From Gammaproteobacteria bacterium (GTDB lineage Bacteria; Pseudomonadota; Gammaproteobacteria; Eutrophobiales; Eutrophobiaceae): DNA of 64,000 bases. The notes under the pieces are model-generated. The model ran no database searches, was not told the DNA's origin, and was given only the letters and a program-made list of their open reading frames with translations. Both the position numbers and the translations under genes were made by a program. Below, piece by piece: positions 50,492-59,847 of this stretch. Within the stretch, counting starts at the first letter, position 1. Each line of letters begins with the position of its first letter. The stretch is from NCBI GenBank assembly GCA_965222155.1, contig CBDCTH010000012.1:1888001-1952000 (forward strand), written 5' to 3'.

Positions 50492-50950
50492 ATGCTTGGC
50501 AAAACGACGCCATTCTTTGATTACGCCGCTTCGTTAGGCGAACTAAAATCGCGCATTCAATCGCCGTGTATCTCAGCAGCGCGTTCAGTGAACCACGAAC
50601 TGATCCTGCTCTACTGGTACATCGGACGCTGGACCATGGAGAAACAGGAAGAACTGGGCTGTGGCGAATCGGAAATTGGGCTACTTACGGGAGAGTTCAG
50701 ACGAGCTTTCCCTGAATCCAAGAGGTTTTCACCACGAAATTTTAGGGATATGAAACGCTTGTTCATCGCTTACTCCAACACCGAATTTAGGCAACAAGCT
50801 GTTGCCGAACTTCCTGCCATGGAAGGGCCTGCTTCAAATCGGCGACAGATTGTCGCCAAATTACCTGGCACCTTTCTTGAACAGCTTGTTCAAGCATATC
50901 TGTCTTCAGTGCCCTGTGGTCATCTTAAAACATTGGGCGCTGCCATTTGA
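50492..50950 (+). pseudogene. Truncated YhcG/DUF1016 N-terminal domain
   Basis: ELKSRIQ...AARSVNHELILLYWYIG...FSPRNFRDMKRL; the nuclease domain is absent. Confidence 0.75.
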
Positions 50951-51239
50951 TTACCCATGAGGCATCCTACTGGTGCAAAGAAAGAGATATCTTCCAGAAT
51001 GGCGCAACGGCACCTCGGCCTTATAGTCAACCTCGGACTGCTACGCTATTTGGGGAGTGGGCAAGCCACCGGATATCAGGTGATTCAACCATGAACGCGA
51101 CACAGACCACGACTAAATGTCGCGATTTGGCGACTCCAGCGGCACTAGAGATGCTGTCGCGACATGAATCGCGATATCATGTCGCAATCCCGAAGTGCTG
51201 CTGCTCCATGGAGTCGAATCGAGCCTGGACCTGAATCTC

Positions 51240-54119
51240 ATGCCCACCCCCTCCGAACATAAAACCGTCCAGGCTCGTATCCTCGAATACGCCAGGGACA
51301 TCGGCTGGACCTTTGCGTCTCGCGCTGAAGCGGAACAACGACGCGGTTTTGATCCGGATGCGTCATCCACAGATTGCGCAAGAGGTGCATCGCTCTTTTT
51401 CGACGCGTTACTCGACACCAAGATACGGGAATTCAATCCCCTTTACGCTGAGCAGCAGGGCGCGCTACTCAACCAATTTCGCCACCTGCACACCAACATT
51501 TATGGCAACCGCGAATTCGTCGATTACCTGCGCAACAGAGGCAAGTTTTTTGATCAGGAGAATAACCGCGAACGCGACCTGATCCTGATCGACTACGACG
51601 ACCCGACGCGCAATATTTTTGAGGTCACCGAGGAGTGGGCCTTTCACAACGGCCATCACGGCACGCGGGAAGACGTGGCCTTTCTCATCAACGGAATCCC
51701 GGTGCTGGTAATAGAATGTAAAAACGCTGACAAAGACGAAGCGATCGCTCTCGGTGTAGATCAGATCCGCCGTTATCACCGCGAGACGCCCGAACTGTTC
51801 GTCCCCGAACAACTCTTCACTGCCACCGACGCTATTGGTTTCTCCTACGGCGTAACATGGAATACAGCGCGGCGTAATATTTTCAACTGGAAAGATGAAG
51901 AAATCGGTCAGTTGGAGACCAAGGTGAAAAGCTTCTGCGCCATTCCGCAGGTGCTCTCCTGCCTGAAGGACTACATCATCTTTGCCGAGAAAGACGAGGA
52001 ACTGAACAAATACGTTTTAAGCCAGCACCAGACCGGCGCGGTGGGCGCAATCCTCGAGCGTGCGCTCAATCCCGATCGTACCCGCGGGCTCATCTGGCAT
52101 ACCCAGGGCAGCGGCAAGACCTTCACCATGATTAAGGCGGCGGAACTGCTTTTCCGCGCGCCTGCGGCAGACAAACCAACCATCCTCCTGATGATCGACC
52201 GTAACGAACTGGAAGATCAAATGCTTAAGAACCTTGAAGCTGTCGGTCTCAGCAACCTGAAGCACGCCAACAGCATCGCCAGGCTTAACCGTCTGCTGAA
52301 AGACGACTACAGGGGCATCATCGTCACAATGATCCACAAGTTCCATGGTATGCCGGCAAATCTCAATACCCGCTCGAACCTATACGTCCTTATCGACGAA
52401 GCCCACCGGACCACTGGCGGCGATCTCGGCAACTATCTTATGGCTGGCCTGCCGAATGCAACCTACGTCGGTTTCACCGGCACCCCGGTGGACAAGACTG
52501 TATATGGAAAGGGCACGTTCAAAACCTTCGGCTGCGAGGACGACCGGGGCTACCTGCACAAATATTCCATCTCCGAAAGTATAGAGGATGGCACGACCCT
52601 GCCGCTATATTACCAACTCGCCCCCAACGAAATGCTCGTTCCGCATGAAACATTGGATGCAGAGTTTCTTTCCCTTGCTGAAGCTGAGGGTGTTGCCGAC
52701 ATCGAGGAATTGAATAAAGTCCTTGAGCGCGCAGTAAATCTGAAAAACTTCCTTAAAGGCAAGGAGCGTATCAAACGGGTAGCACGGTTCGTCGCCAGGC
52801 ATTACCGCGAGCACGTCGAGCCGCTCGGTTACAAAGCCTTCCTCGTCGGCGTTGACCGCGAAGCCTGCGCCCACTACAAGCACGCTCTCGATGCTGAATT
52901 TGATAAACTTGGTATCCCGCCCGATTATTCCGAAGTTGTTTACACCGGGAACAACAATGATTCAGCGCTACTGAAGAAATTCCACCTTGATAAAAAAAAG
53001 GAGCGGCAGATTCGCAAGCGTTTCGTCAAGCTCGACCAGCAACCGAAGATTCTGATTGTCACAGAAAAACTGCTGACCGGCTTTGACGCACCATTACTCT
53101 ACGCGATGTATCTCGACAAGCCGATGCGCGACCATACACTGCTCCAGGCCATCGCGCGAGTGAACCGTCCTTATGAGAACGAGGCACAGAAGATGGTTAA
53201 GCCCCACGGCTTCGTCCTTGATTTCGTTGGAATCTTTGAGAAACTTGAAAAGGCCCTCGCCTTCGACAGCGATGAAATCAACGCCATCGTAAAAGACATA
53301 AAGCTGCTCAAAATCCTGTTCCGGAACAAGATGGAGCAAAAAGTTCCCGAATATCTCTCACTTATCGAAAGCGGATTCAACGACAAAGACGTTGATACGC
53401 TTATTGAGCACTTCCGCGATCCTGAGCGTAGGAAAGCGTTCTTTAAGGAATACAAGGAGATTGAGATGCTGTATGAGATCATCTCGCCTGATGTCTTCTT
53501 ACGGCCCTTCATCGAGACTTATGGAACATTAACAGCAATCTATCAGGTGGTGCGTAAAGCCTACACCAAACGGGTTCAGGTCGACCGGGAATTTCAAAGG
53601 AAAACGGAAGAGTTGGTCCGGGCTTATGTGGATTCGTACGGCGTGAAACCGTTAGAAGGACTCATTGAAATCAATTCAGATACTATTGAACTCATCAAGA
53701 AACAAAATAGTGGCGATGCAATCAAGGTCATTAACCTGATCAAAGCCATTGAGAAGTCGGCGGAAGAAAGTAGCGATGACCCGTATCTTATCGCAATGGC
53801 CAAGCGCGCCCAGGCCGTGCAGGAAAGTTTTGAAAACCGCCAGTCCAGCACTGCAGAGGCCCTGGAAGATCTGATCAAGGAAGTAGAAAAGAACGAAGAA
53901 CGCAAGAGGGAACAGGCGGAGAAGTCCTTTGACGGACTGACGTATTTTGTTTATCGAAGTCTGCTGGATGCCAGGATTGATAACGCTGAGGTAGTAAGTC
54001 GAAAAATCCGTCGAGCTTTCTCTGACTTTCCAAATTGGAGAGTAAGCGAGGATGCTCTACGCGAACTGCGCAAGAAAGTGACATTTTCAATCTACGAGGA
54101 AACGGAGGATCTCAATTAA
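51240..54119 (+). CDS. hsdR: Type I RM restriction subunit HsdR, apparent nonsense codon near the C-terminus
   Basis: LINGIPVLVIECK, WHTQGSGKT, DEAHR, FTGTP, LLTGFDAP and QAIARVNR. The frame continues VASLVDDLFTLLEKAYRI to TGA 54176. Confidence 0.92.
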   Translation: MPTPSEHKTVQARILEYARDIGWTFASRAEAEQRRGFDPDASSTDCARGASLFFDALLDTKIREFNPLYAEQQGALLNQFRHLHTNIYGNREFVDYLRNRGKFFDQENNRERDLILIDYDDPTRNIFEVTEEWAFHNGHHGTREDVAFLINGIPVLVIECKNADKDEAIALGVDQIRRYHRETPELFVPEQLFTATDAIGFSYGVTWNTARRNIFNWKDEEIGQLETKVKSFCAIPQVLSCLKDYIIFAEKDEELNKYVLSQHQTGAVGAILERALNPDRTRGLIWHTQGSGKTFTMIKAAELLFRAPAADKPTILLMIDRNELEDQMLKNLEAVGLSNLKHANSIARLNRLLKDDYRGIIVTMIHKFHGMPANLNTRSNLYVLIDEAHRTTGGDLGNYLMAGLPNATYVGFTGTPVDKTVYGKGTFKTFGCEDDRGYLHKYSISESIEDGTTLPLYYQLAPNEMLVPHETLDAEFLSLAEAEGVADIEELNKVLERAVNLKNFLKGKERIKRVARFVARHYREHVEPLGYKAFLVGVDREACAHYKHALDAEFDKLGIPPDYSEVVYTGNNNDSALLKKFHLDKKKERQIRKRFVKLDQQPKILIVTEKLLTGFDAPLLYAMYLDKPMRDHTLLQAIARVNRPYENEAQKMVKPHGFVLDFVGIFEKLEKALAFDSDEINAIVKDIKLLKILFRNKMEQKVPEYLSLIESGFNDKDVDTLIEHFRDPERRKAFFKEYKEIEMLYEIISPDVFLRPFIETYGTLTAIYQVVRKAYTKRVQVDREFQRKTEELVRAYVDSYGVKPLEGLIEINSDTIELIKKQNSGDAIKVINLIKAIEKSAEESSDDPYLIAMAKRAQAVQESFENRQSSTAEALEDLIKEVEKNEERKREQAEKSFDGLTYFVYRSLLDARIDNAEVVSRKIRRAFSDFPNWRVSEDALRELRKKVTFSIYEETEDLN

Positions 54120-54179
54120 GTAGCATCGCTAGTCGATGATTTATTCACGTTGTTGGAGAAAGCGTACAGGATTTGATTT

Positions 54180-54596
54180 ATGACGACGACCGATCAAAAA
54201 CAAGTGTTCAAGCGACGCGTCCGTCACTGGGCTGAAAAGTTGGATGTCAAGATTGTGTGGCTTGGTATTCGACCAATGAATAACAAGTGGGCGTCCTGCT
54301 CATCAAATGGCCATCTGAACTTTAACGACGAGTTGCTCGACCTTAATGATGAACTCTGGGATTATGTCATTGTCCACGAACTGCTTCATTATTTCGTTCC
54401 TAACCATGGCAAACTCTGGAAAAGTCTGATGCGGGCTCACCTCGGTGATTACGAAAAGCTGGAAAATTCTTTAAGGAAAATCAGCAATCAGAAAAAACGC
54501 TCATTGGCCGACGCGTTGATGGATATCCCCAGGCTGGATACGGATACGGACGAACTGTTTAAACGACCCGTCGGTTACCCACGTAACGTGGATTAG
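54180..54596 (+). CDS. YgjP/DUF45 (M48-like) metallopeptidase associated with Type I RM
   Basis: KWASCS and DYVIVHELLH...NHGKLW. Confidence 0.88.
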   Translation: MTTTDQKQVFKRRVRHWAEKLDVKIVWLGIRPMNNKWASCSSNGHLNFNDELLDLNDELWDYVIVHELLHYFVPNHGKLWKSLMRAHLGDYEKLENSLRKISNQKKRSLADALMDIPRLDTDTDELFKRPVGYPRNVD

Positions 54597-54608
54597 TCAT
54601 AACGAGTC

Positions 54609-55274
54609 ATGCGCCACGCCTCTGTTTTCTCCAGCAAACCAGCCGGCTGTTCGCCGGCATGGCATAGTCGTGCCGGACCAGGTGCGATTGAAAATCCTGC
54701 TGTTTGCGCGCTGCTTATCAGCGTTGCCCTGTTCACATCTGAAGACTTGCATGCCAGTAGTACCAAACTCAGCGAGACTCAAGCCCAGGCTGTCGAGAAA
54801 TCGGCGATTGACTCGGATGAAGAGGAAAAGCAACGCCAGGCCATCGCGGTGATGCTGGCTGAATACGAGATCGAGGGAAGGAAATTGCTGGACGGACTCG
54901 ACGAAAATACTGACAGGGACGTAGTCGACCATAGGGCACGCACCCTGCTCTCATCTGGTGAAAAGATTATGGGCTGGGCCCGTTTCCGTTTAAAGCAGTG
55001 TGATGAATACCTGGAGAAATCACTGGAACTCAAGGAAAAGATAACTGACATCACAAGGGAAGTTTTGGAGCGGGACTATCACCACGATGGCGCCCTGCCG
55101 AAAGCGCCGGCAGAGTGTTACCACATAAAAGACACATTCGTACATCCTGCCACGGTCCTGGTTCTTACCCGTGATGATCCCGCACTTGGAGAGGAAACCA
55201 TTACCGGTATCAGGGCGGAGATCATGGAAGTGCTCGGACATACGGAGGTTGTCCGGCAGCTGGTCATTTATTGA
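54609..55274 (+). CDS. Hypothetical secreted helical protein
   Basis: Hydrophobic leader followed by CDEYL, LERDYHHDGALP and CYHIKDTFVHPATV. The start codon is uncertain. Confidence 0.6.
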   Translation: MRHASVFSSKPAGCSPAWHSRAGPGAIENPAVCALLISVALFTSEDLHASSTKLSETQAQAVEKSAIDSDEEEKQRQAIAVMLAEYEIEGRKLLDGLDENTDRDVVDHRARTLLSSGEKIMGWARFRLKQCDEYLEKSLELKEKITDITREVLERDYHHDGALPKAPAECYHIKDTFVHPATVLVLTRDDPALGEETITGIRAEIMEVLGHTEVVRQLVIY

Positions 55275-55330
55275 TAGAAGATACAGTTAATGTTTCGTTC
55301 ATTATTCTGCAGAATGGATAACTCCAAGCT

Positions 55331-55747
55331 TCAACTGAATACCTTTGCCCCGGCAGCCAAAGCCGACTTCATCAATAATTTGTCCTGTGTGGCCAGGGGG
55401 ATATTTCTGCGTAAAGCAAGTTCCAGGTATAGCGCATCATAAGCAGTCAACCCATGCGCCCTGCAAAGATGCAAGACCTGGGTCATACTACTGATGGGCA
55501 GGAGATCAGTCTCCACCGGCAGGCGGGCTAACACGTTGAGCGCCTGACTTGCTTTTTCGGCTTTAATACGCTCTCTGCGTTCGGCTTGAAACAACACATT
55601 CGTGACCTCTACAGGCCAAATCCCGGGGATAACGGCGAGTGCACCCTCAAGCGATAACGCTTTACGCACGCGTTCGCTGTAGCTGCTGAATTCATCTTCA
55701 AAGAACCAGGCCATCGTGACGGAACAATCCAGCACCAGTGAGCTCAC
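55331..55747 (-). CDS. vapC: VapC/PIN-domain toxin
   Basis: LVLDCS, WPVEVTN, LTAYDALYLELA and LATQD. Confidence 0.92.
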   Translation of the reverse strand: MSSLVLDCSVTMAWFFEDEFSSYSERVRKALSLEGALAVIPGIWPVEVTNVLFQAERRERIKAEKASQALNVLARLPVETDLLPISSMTQVLHLCRAHGLTAYDALYLELALRRNIPLATQDKLLMKSALAAGAKVFS

Positions 55748-55989
55748 TAACGCTGTCCCTCATTACGTAAATCTGCGATGGACAGGTCGGCGCCAAGCCG
55801 GGTACCTTCCCTGATTCGGTCCATTTCATCGAACAACGTCTGTAATGCATCCTGTGAAACACGGTCGGCAGGAACCAGTTTTACCAGGGGCTTGTCGTGA
55901 CGAGTCACAAGAATTTCTTCTCCTTTAGCCGCTTTTGCGGCCAACTCGGAAAAATGGGCTTTGGCGTAGGTAAGAGGGACACTGGTCAC
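55747..55989 (-). CDS. Phd/YefM family antitoxin
   Basis: AKAHFSEL...GEEILVTRHDKPLVKLVP; coupled to vapC. Confidence 0.92.
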   Translation of the reverse strand: MTSVPLTYAKAHFSELAAKAAKGEEILVTRHDKPLVKLVPADRVSQDALQTLFDEMDRIREGTRLGADLSIADLRNEGQR

Positions 55990-55999
55990 TGAACATCTC

Positions 56000-56034
56000 C
56001 GCTTAAAATGACTATTTAATGGTCATTTTAAGCG
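56000..56034. promoter_or_regulatory. Probable TA autoregulatory operator
   Basis: Perfect 13-bp inverted repeat CGCTTAAAATGAC / GTCATTTTAAGCG immediately upstream of the antitoxin. Confidence 0.7.
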
Positions 56035-56049
56035 TTTCCAAGAAGTAAA

Positions 56050-56225
56050 TCAACATGCGCGATCGCGCAGCGCATTGTGCTGGGGCACGCCGTCGATCAT
56101 ATACAGGGTGTTTCTGCCGCGAAAACTTTCGCCCCGCCCGACTAATTTCCCCAGACTCGGACCAAATCCCGGCACGGTGTTTTCCAGCACACTGGCCAGA
56201 GCATCACTGATAGAGATTTGTTGCA
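56050..56225 (-). pseudogene. TonB-dependent receptor plug-domain remnant
   Basis: LASVLENTVPGFG...GESFRGRNTLYMIDGVPQHNALRD. Confidence 0.65.
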
Positions 56226-56293
56226 CTATCCGGTCGGGATGACGATATGGGTGGCTGGCGTAACCCTGATGTCTTCTGTTTACATGTTCAATA

Positions 56294-57016
56294 TCAATTC
56301 GGCAGCTTTGCCAGCCTGACCAGTTCACTGCGCATGTCCGACATCGTTAAAACAGGCTCGGCAAATCCGAAACGATAAATACGTTTGCCCAGCAGCAGGT
56401 TGAAGCCCTCACCGTCGATCCCCACCATCACGGGAGGCTCATCACCTGTTACCGGAATATTTCCCAAGCTGCAATAATGTCTTATAGCATCGGTATGGTC
56501 CCGGTTCATATGATCAATCGCCCTGGTTTCTTCATCCGGACTGAACGGGCTTTCTTTCAGAAAGGCATTACGTTCGACCCAGTAAATTTTCCCGAAACCG
56601 CCGATGAACCGGACCCGGTAAAACTCCAGGCGATAAAAATCAAAATCATGGGTCTTGTGATAATCCCGCGCATCGGGAAAAAAACGGTAGTAACGTTCCA
56701 TCGAATCGGTATCATCCGGTGATATCCGCTCTGCCTCCCCCAGGTAGGTCACCCGGCCATTTGCCTGGATATCATCCACGTCCCGTTCCATGACAATCAG
56801 CGACACCTTCGGGTCGGCCAGGATATTTTTTGTATGCTGTGCGATACGGCTGATCAGGATGACCGGCCTGCCCTTTCTGTCAAAACAATAAGGTGTCACG
56901 GAACCGAACGGATAACCCTGGGCTTCAACCGAATGGGTGGACAGGATTCCCTGATATTCGCTCATCATCAGGCTGCGCGCAGCTTTTCCGGATCGTTCTT
57001 TATTTTTCATCATCAT
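56294..57016 (-). CDS. HugZ/HutZ family heme utilization protein (PNPOx-like + DUF2470)
   Basis: LSTHS, GYPFGS, ISRIAQHTKN, HDFDFY, FIGGFG and IDHMNRDH. Confidence 0.88.
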   Translation of the reverse strand: MMMKNKERSGKAARSLMMSEYQGILSTHSVEAQGYPFGSVTPYCFDRKGRPVILISRIAQHTKNILADPKVSLIVMERDVDDIQANGRVTYLGEAERISPDDTDSMERYYRFFPDARDYHKTHDFDFYRLEFYRVRFIGGFGKIYWVERNAFLKESPFSPDEETRAIDHMNRDHTDAIRHYCSLGNIPVTGDEPPVMVGIDGEGFNLLLGKRIYRFGFAEPVLTMSDMRSELVRLAKLPN

Positions 57017-57823
57017 TCACCTGTTAATGGATATGCGGGCTGAGGGTGAAGGTATCACCACGCTGCAACCCCAGGTAGGATGTGGCTGCAGCATGACGTC
57101 CAGGCCGAATACCTCTTTTATCAGCGCTTCCGTCAATACCTGTTCCGGTTTCCCGTATTGATACAAATTCCCGCCATAAAATACCGCTATCCTGTCTGCG
57201 TACATGGCAGCCAGGTTGATGTCATGCAACACTACCAGGACGCCGACCTGACGCCGGCTGAAATCACGGGCAATCTTCAGCGCCTCATGCTGGTGCGCAG
57301 GGTCCATGCCGGCCACGGGTTCGTCCAGGAACAGATAACGGGTCAGAATACGCTCATCGTCCCAGATCTGGGTCAATACACGGGCAAATTGTACCCGCTG
57401 TTTTTCACCTCCCGAGAGTGTATCGTAGTAGCGCGTGGCCAACTCCCTGATCTCGGTCATTTGCATGGCGGCCAGTGCAATGGCCTGGTCACGCTCGTCC
57501 TCAATGCCGCGGATATGCGGACTGCGTCCCAACAGCACCACTTCAAACACAGTGAATGGAAAGGCGATGATGGTACTCTGCGGCATCACTGCGCGTTTGC
57601 GGGCATAGTCCAGTTTACTCCATTTTTGTAACTCTTCCCCCTCCAGTGAGATACTGCCCGCGGACGGCTTGAGTTCACCGCTCAGCAGTTTCAGGAACGT
57701 GGATTTGCCTGCGCCGTTCGGCCCGATAATCGCCAGGACTTCACCCGGATTGACCGCCAGGGAGATGCCCCTGATCAACTGATTACCGGCAATGGTGTAA
57801 CTGATCTTTTCTGCCGTCAGCAT
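57017..57823 (-). CDS. hmuV: Heme ABC transporter ATPase
   Basis: GPNGAGKST, LSGGEKQRVQFARVLTQ, LDEP and HDINLAAMYAD. Confidence 0.92.
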   Translation of the reverse strand: MLTAEKISYTIAGNQLIRGISLAVNPGEVLAIIGPNGAGKSTFLKLLSGELKPSAGSISLEGEELQKWSKLDYARKRAVMPQSTIIAFPFTVFEVVLLGRSPHIRGIEDERDQAIALAAMQMTEIRELATRYYDTLSGGEKQRVQFARVLTQIWDDERILTRYLFLDEPVAGMDPAHQHEALKIARDFSRRQVGVLVVLHDINLAAMYADRIAVFYGGNLYQYGKPEQVLTEALIKEVFGLDVMLQPHPTWGCSVVIPSPSARISINR

Positions 57824-57827
57824 CTGT

Positions 57828-58919
57828 TTAAAATGCGCGAATCATGCGCTTGTTCATCAACAGCCAGAGGAAGAACGGACCGCCTATACAGCTTGTTACA
57901 ACACCGATAGGCAGTTCCGCTGGTGCAACGATAGTCCTGGAAACGATATCGGCTGCGAGTATCAGAGTTGCGCCCAGCAGAATTGAACCCGGGAACAGGT
58001 AACGATGATCCGCTCCTATCAATAAGCGCACCAGGTGGGGCACGACCAGTCCGACAAAAGCGATAATGCCAGTCAAGGCCACCGCCGCTCCGATGGCCAG
58101 GGTTATCAGGAGGATCGCGACTTTTTTCATGCGCTCGATGTCGTAACCAAGATGGCCCGCCTCACTTTCGCCAAGTACGTAAGCATTCATGGCCCTGGCC
58201 AGAAACGGCAGGCCGATTAACGGGATCATCAGGAAAGGCAACAGCGGCAGCACCAGTCTCCAGGTGTTACGCGACAAGCTGCCCATGGTCCAGAAAGTCA
58301 GATCCCGTAACTGCTGGTCGTCGCTGACAAATATCAACAAACCCATCAGGGCATTGCATATCGCATTGATAGCAATGCCTGCCAGTAACATCGTCAGCAC
58401 CATGGAGCGTCCGTTAACGGTGCCGATGCGGTATACCAGCAGGACCGCTGTCAACCCTCCGAAAAATGCAAAAACAGGCAACAGGTAAGTGCGTAACGGC
58501 ACGGGAATTGCCGTCGCCAACTCCTGACCCAGCACGATAAAGCCAACGGCAGCCAGCGCAGCGCCGCTCGAGACTCCGATCAGGGCGGGGTCTGCCAGGG
58601 GGTTACGGAACAGTCCCTGTAACGTGGCGCCGGCAACTGCAAGCGCTGCCCCGATAAAGATACCCAGGACAATCCTTGGCAAGCGTAAGCCTATAACGAC
58701 CGTCTGTTGTTGTGCCTCGAACTCCCAGGGCACATGGACTCCCAGGTATTGCAGCAATATGGCCGTAACCTGTGCCGGAGCAATCGGGACCGCGCCGGAA
58801 CAGACTGCCAAGACGGTAACAATGAGCAACAGGGCCGTTAATCCGGACAAGGTGATTTTGGCGCGCCTTTTCCGGCCGGCAAGAAACGGTATAGCTGAAT
58901 GTTGTGCCACTGCGGTCAT
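57828..58919 (-). CDS. hmuU: Heme ABC transporter permease
   Basis: LRLPR, QGLFRNPLADP, WTMGSL and AELPIG. Confidence 0.9.
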   Translation of the reverse strand: MTAVAQHSAIPFLAGRKRRAKITLSGLTALLLIVTVLAVCSGAVPIAPAQVTAILLQYLGVHVPWEFEAQQQTVVIGLRLPRIVLGIFIGAALAVAGATLQGLFRNPLADPALIGVSSGAALAAVGFIVLGQELATAIPVPLRTYLLPVFAFFGGLTAVLLVYRIGTVNGRSMVLTMLLAGIAINAICNALMGLLIFVSDDQQLRDLTFWTMGSLSRNTWRLVLPLLPFLMIPLIGLPFLARAMNAYVLGESEAGHLGYDIERMKKVAILLITLAIGAAVALTGIIAFVGLVVPHLVRLLIGADHRYLFPGSILLGATLILAADIVSRTIVAPAELPIGVVTSCIGGPFFLWLLMNKRMIRAF

Positions 58920-58928
58920 GAAAACCCG

Positions 58929-59837
58929 TTACCGTGCCGACGTGAAATTCCTTAAGCCGAATAAGTCCGGATGAAACTCGGCCGCCAGATCACGAACAGC
59001 GCTTACCGTGCGCGGGCCGAAGCCGATTAAATACAGACCGTCGAAGATTGACAGCCTGCCTTCCCTTGCCGCAGGTGTCGTGGCCAGTTCCGGCAGGGCA
59101 AAGAGTTTCTCCTTGTCGCCGTAGAGAGCAAAAGTACGCTGCAATACCACGACGATCTCCGGGTCTGCGGCAATGATTGCCTCGGGGGTAATCGCCTTGT
59201 AACCACTTACCTGAGCCATTACGTTATTGCCGCCGGCCAGTGAAATCATGCTGTGGGCAGACGTATCCCTGCCTGCCGCCAGAGGGGCGCCGCGTCCGAA
59301 CGATAGCAGAAACAGCACCTCAGGCCTGGTTTCAGCCTCGCTTAATACAATTGCCACGTCCCGGTATTCCCGCTCCATGTCGCTGATTAGCTGTTCTCCT
59401 CTCTGTTCCCGTCCAAGGATCCCGGCAATGCGGCGAATCTTCCGGTATACGCCTTCAATCGACGGTTCATCGGGGATGGTCAGGATCTTGACGCCGACAG
59501 CCTGTAATTGTTCCAGGACCTCCGGCGGTCCGGCATCGTCTATGGCCAGAATGACATCCGGATCGACGGATAAAACCGGCTCCGCAGAGAGTGCACGCAT
59601 ATAACCGACGTCAGGGTGACGTTCCAGTGCTGAGACCGGGTACATACTGGTGCTGTCCACTGCAACCAGCTTGTCTTCAGCTCCAAGTGCATAGATTATC
59701 TCGGTAATCGACCCGCCGATGGCAATGATCCTGGTCACTTCGTCCGGGGTCGATTCTCCAGCGGTTTCCTTTGCCGACACGAAGTGAGGGAACGTCGCGC
59801 AGCATACAACCAGCAAAATCCTGTAAAAACCAGCCAT
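58929..59837 (-). CDS. hmuT: Heme ABC transporter periplasmic binding protein
   Basis: GGSITEIIYALG, VDSTS, VGYMRALSAE (Tyr heme ligand) and GFGPR. The start is ATG 59837. Confidence 0.9.
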   Translation of the reverse strand: MAGFYRILLVVCCATFPHFVSAKETAGESTPDEVTRIIAIGGSITEIIYALGAEDKLVAVDSTSMYPVSALERHPDVGYMRALSAEPVLSVDPDVILAIDDAGPPEVLEQLQAVGVKILTIPDEPSIEGVYRKIRRIAGILGREQRGEQLISDMEREYRDVAIVLSEAETRPEVLFLLSFGRGAPLAAGRDTSAHSMISLAGGNNVMAQVSGYKAITPEAIIAADPEIVVVLQRTFALYGDKEKLFALPELATTPAAREGRLSIFDGLYLIGFGPRTVSAVRDLAAEFHPDLFGLRNFTSAR

Positions 59838-59847
59838 TGGTTCAATA

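Noticed and set aside
50947-51234. 95-aa ORF before hsdR
   Set aside because: No motif or RBS; probably decayed sequence after the truncated yhcG.
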